This document shows, piece after piece, positions 59,484 to 64,000 of a stretch of 64,000 bases of DNA. Every line of letters begins with the position of its first letter. Position 1 is the stretch's first letter. Position numbers and translations under genes: made by a program. The stretch is from the human T2T-CHM13v2.0 reference genome, Homo sapiens, in assembly GCF_009914755.1 (NCBI RefSeq), contig NC_060929.1; one strand, written 5' to 3'. The notes under the pieces are model-generated. The model worked only from the letters and a program-made list of their open reading frames with translations. It ran no database searches and was not told the origin of the DNA.

Positions 59484-60640
59484 CTTGTAATTATCAGTAC
59501 TATTATTACCAAAGAGATCTGGCCATAAAATAATAATGAGACTGTTTCCACAAGCTGTAGACAATAAGCACCTTATTATTTTATAATAGCATGGCACAAA
59601 TTTCCTGCTGGAAGACTCTCCTGGGGGCTTCCATGTAATGGCTAAGATGGATGAATATTGCCTTCTGGCAGTAATGGACTTTCTGTAGGTCTGTCTTATG
59701 TTAAGCAATCTCAAGATGTGAAAATCCAGATTTCTGTTTTAAAAATTAATTAGAAGGTGACACTTCAAAATAGAAGAGCTTCACAAAAGTATCCATTTGG
59801 AGCAGTATTTCTCAATATTTCTTTCCTCATTACCTCCCTCCCCAATAACAAGGCTTTTTAGACATTTTTGTCCTAATCACTCCCCCAATGAAATTTTAAT
59901 ATTGAAGACATACTGTATACCTATTTATGTATTGTTTGTATATTTTTTCTTAACACATGAAATGATATATAAAAGATGTATAAAAGAGTACCATTTGTTG
60001 CACACACCCTCTCATTCAAATTTTCACCCCCTTGAGTACAATATCTCCTCTTTGAGAATGCATACATTAGAGACAGACCTTAAAGGACATTTAAAATATC
60101 GTATGGCTTTGGAAATTTTAATTTGCACTCAATTTTCCTAGGACACATCAACTACAGATAGGAAGGCATACAAGTATATTAGATAAAATGTCACCGTGGG
60201 GTGTCCACTCCATGTTGATTACAGGCTAATGTCTGCCTAGTTGTTTTTTAGACCATGCTACCCAACCAAAACACCAGGAGGAAGGGACACCTGTGAGCCA
60301 TTTGTAATTCCTATAATGGAAGAAAACTTGTCTCAAAGTTAAGTTGACTTTTAAAAATGTGCCTAGGTGTTATTCAATCACAGCATTTCATTTGTTAACG
60401 TTATTTCTACAATGGCTCCCAAATATTTTTTCTTTTCTCACATTATTATTTCTTTAATACCAGAAATCAACACCCTGATCAAAAGTTTCCAGAAATATTC
60501 CCTATAGTTGAACCCCAAGGGAAGGATTCTTTATATCCATCATCTTAAGGGCCATGGTCAGACGAAAGTTCCCTGGGCCCTCACCTGCCTTCAGGCCCCG
60601 GGCCTTAGAGGAAGGACTCTTGAAGCAGCACAAAAAGCTG

Positions 60641-60710
60641 CTTCCTGTTTCCCACTTCCCACTTCCTGCTTCTGGCTTCCCACTTCCTGCTTCCTGCTTC
60701 TGGCTTTGGC
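60641..60710. repeat. 7-bp-period degenerate tandem repeat, 10 units
   Basis: cttcctg tttccca cttccca cttcctg cttctgg cttccca cttcctg cttcctg cttctgg ctttggc. Confidence 0.88.
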
Positions 60711-60958
60711 TGAGCATCCGAAGGAGGAACAATGCTGGGTTCCTGGGCTATGGTGCTTTTGCCTCAGAGTGGATGGGGGAAACCGTGGCAGAGGCTTGGT
60801 CCAGAAGATGGGCAGAGGTACTCAGGGGGCCAGGCTCAGGCCACCCCACCCCACTGCTCAGGAGATAGGCAGTTTAGTTTGATGTTTGAAATACCATTTC
60901 AAGAGGCCCGCCACTCCACTATGAGGTAAATAGCCTAAAATGTTAAAAATAAAACAAA

Positions 60959-61201
<243 letters not shown>

Positions 61202-61529
61202 TCATCTGAGTTTTAGCTTAGTACAAGGACTCTGGAAGACTCTGGAGCATTCACCGTGGCTATCATCTGTGTCTTTCTGAGCCTTGGGAAAAGCAAGGTA
61301 CCTGCTTAGAGGCTTTTCTCCTTTCTGGGGCTTGATGACCTTGTGTCACCCTTCCATGCAGTGGAAGGACTATTCCACTGTGACAGTATTTACTCTGTTA
61401 TGTACCCCAAACCTGGCTACCTCCATGCCTCACTGAAGCAGGCAGGGCCAGGGCTGTCCTTGACACTCCTTTTTCCTTGTGCAATGCTGTGTTGGGGTCT
61501 CTGACTTGGAAGGAGGTTGGCCAAGTTCA

Positions 61530-62032
<503 letters not shown>

Positions 62033-62529
62033 CCTGGAGCACAATAAACATTGAGTAAATGTAGCTAGCATCTTTAGCTTTTTATTCAGCTCCCCATGTA
62101 AGTACTGGTTTCTCCATGGTGAGCCTCCGCCCCTTCCTGCGTGACTGTCCTCGCTAGTCCCTGCTGGCCTCTGCTGTCCATGCTAAGCACAGGTTCAACC
62201 AGCTTCATAGGCACTGAACATCCTCTGCGTCATGCTTTTCATTCCTGACACACAGTTCAAGGAAAAACAAACCCAAAGTGGCTTTTCCTAATAGAAGAAA
62301 GCGTAGAATATATAAATTCCCAGAACCAGATTTTCACACAACGAAGGCAAGGTGAGAACTCCTTGATTCCAGCCACTGCTGTCTGATGTCAGTTTGACTT
62401 CCTTTTATTTCTTTTAAGCAGGGAAATGAACATTAATCTTCACCCTCACAATTGTCCCAGGCAAGCCACAAAGTGCTGAGCACAAGGGGAAGGCTGGCTA
62501 AGTATGTGTGGAGTGGAATTGGATTAGAT

Positions 62530-62730
62530 GGGGAGAAACTCTGGTTACCTCTGAACTTGATTTCTACTTGGGCCAGCTATGTGCCGTTTGACCTTGGCCC
62601 AAACAGCCCTCCTCTCTATCTGTGCTGCTTCTTCTGTAAAATAGGAATAATTACGTCAGCTCAACTCATCTCATCCATTGTTGCAAGGAGTAAATTAGAT
62701 GGCAAGTGTGAAAATGCTTTGTAAACTACT
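62530..62730 (+). mobile_element. MIR
   Basis: gaccttggcc..ttcttctgtaaaataggaataatta...gtgaaaatgctttgtaaact. Confidence 0.6.
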
Positions 62731-62975
62731 GAGAACTGTGTAATGCATTGTAAGGCATTGTCATGATTGCTACTATTTCAAGTCCAATGGGGGAGATTGG
62801 ATCGAAGAAGAATGGCAGACAGCCCAGGGTTGTGGGGGCAGTGAGGCTGACTTGTTTATCAGTAGAAAAAGCATTCTGACTCATCTCAGAAAAGAATCTT
62901 GGCAAACACAAAGAAAATAGTCTGGAGAAAGCTGATGAGCCCACAGTTGGAATTCTGTATTGGGGTTTAGAAATG

Positions 62976-63021
62976 TGAGCACCAGGATGCTGAAAACATG
63001 AGCACCAGGATGCTGAAAACA
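62976..63021. repeat. Perfect 23-bp tandem duplication
   Basis: tgagcaccaggatgctgaaaaca x2. Confidence 0.93.
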
Positions 63022-63319
63022 TTGAAAAGAGTCCAGGCAAAAGCAGGGCAGTTACTAGAGAACAGAAGTCTCAACTTGCGAAGAATTCAGTGTGAAACAC
63101 ATGCGCTTTGGCCACCAGGAAATTATACTTGTTTGCCCAAGTTTTTTCCAAGAGGAAGATGCTTCAGGGATATGTAACACGCTCTTGTGGAAAGAATGCT
63201 GGTTTATAGGCCTCTGCACAGGGACTCCCCTAAACCTCTACCCCAAGTCTGGATGAAGAAAACAGTGAGAGGTGCACCAGATGAGGAGCCAAAGCTTTTC
63301 ACAAGAACCAAATAATGTT

Positions 63320-63670
63320 TTACCAGTTAGGGTGCTTTTGGCTGTAAGTAATAGACCAGATAACAAAGAAGCTAAGGTCATTTATTATTTCCTTCACAAG
63401 AAGTTCAGAGATAGGCCAGTACCAGGCTTGGTTAACTCAGCAGTGCAACAAAATCCTCTAAAACTCAATTCCTCCCCCCTTCTCTCTCTGCGATCCTCGT
63501 GGGCTTGATTTATCCTTTTAGGGTTGGCTTCCCTCATGATGCAGAGATGGCTATGACAATTCCAGGCATGCCATGTAGATGACAACATCTCTGTCCCTTT
63601 TTAAGAGTAAGGGATAATTTCCCAGAGGTTCCCCAGCAGATTCTTACTTCCACTGCCCTTGACCATGACT
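63320..63670 (-). mobile_element. Old MLT1-type LTR
   Basis: cagttagggtgcttttggctgtaagtaatagacc..acaagaagttcagagatagg...ttcccagaggttccccagcagatt. Confidence 0.55.
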
Positions 63671-63687
63671 GTGATCTCTTTCCAAGC

Positions 63688-64000
63688 TGTATTAGTCCGG
63701 GTTCTCCTGAGAAACAGAACTAATAGGAGATAGATATATTTATGTACATACACTCAAGTGTGTATGTGTTTGTGTGTGTGTGTATATATATAAAATAAAG
63801 AATTGGCTTACATGATTATGGAGGCTGAAATGTCCCCAGATCTGCAGTGCAAAGGCCTGAGATTCAGGAGAGCTAATGATGTTAAGTTCTAGCATGAGTC
63901 CAAAGCAGAAGAGAGACGTCCCAGCCCAAAGTCAGGCAGGCAGAGAGAGCAAATTCTCTCTTGCTCAGCCTTTTGTTCTAATCAGGCCTTCAACAGATTG
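63688..64000 (-). mobile_element. MLT2-type (ERVL) LTR, running off the window
   Basis: tgtattagtccgggttctcctgagaaacagaactaatagga...gaattggcttacatgattatggaggctg. Confidence 0.85.

Overview
Primate (human or human-like) genomic DNA containing the 5' half of the DAP (death-associated protein 1) gene on the minus strand. Coding exon 1 (34650-34704, MSSPPEGKLETKAGHPPA) lies in a CpG island at ~34370-35450, and exon 2 (22186-22282, VKAGGMRIVQKHPH...QEWESP) follows a 12.4-kb intron 1. Positions 1-22185 are intron 2; the remaining exons are outside the window. The promoter looks bidirectional: it has a central CRE flanked by a 17-bp inverted repeat, and a plus-strand donor, acceptor and AATAAA outline a divergent lncRNA ending at ~43935. 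The rest is mostly interspersed repeats (Alu, L1, L2, MIR, MaLR/ERV LTRs, hAT and Tc-Mar fossils), a ~28-copy 33-bp G-rich VNTR (4426-5350) and a rearranged L1 chimera (52830-58820). I see no convincing new protein-coding system. The best leads are regulatory or structural: the symmetric promoter and antisense lncRNA, a duplicated intronic poly(A) signal after exon 2, the L1 chimera with ORF0 pointing at DAP, the VNTR, and an RBPJ/ETS heptamer array. Repeat subfamily names come from remembered consensus sequences and need RepeatMasker/Dfam confirmation.
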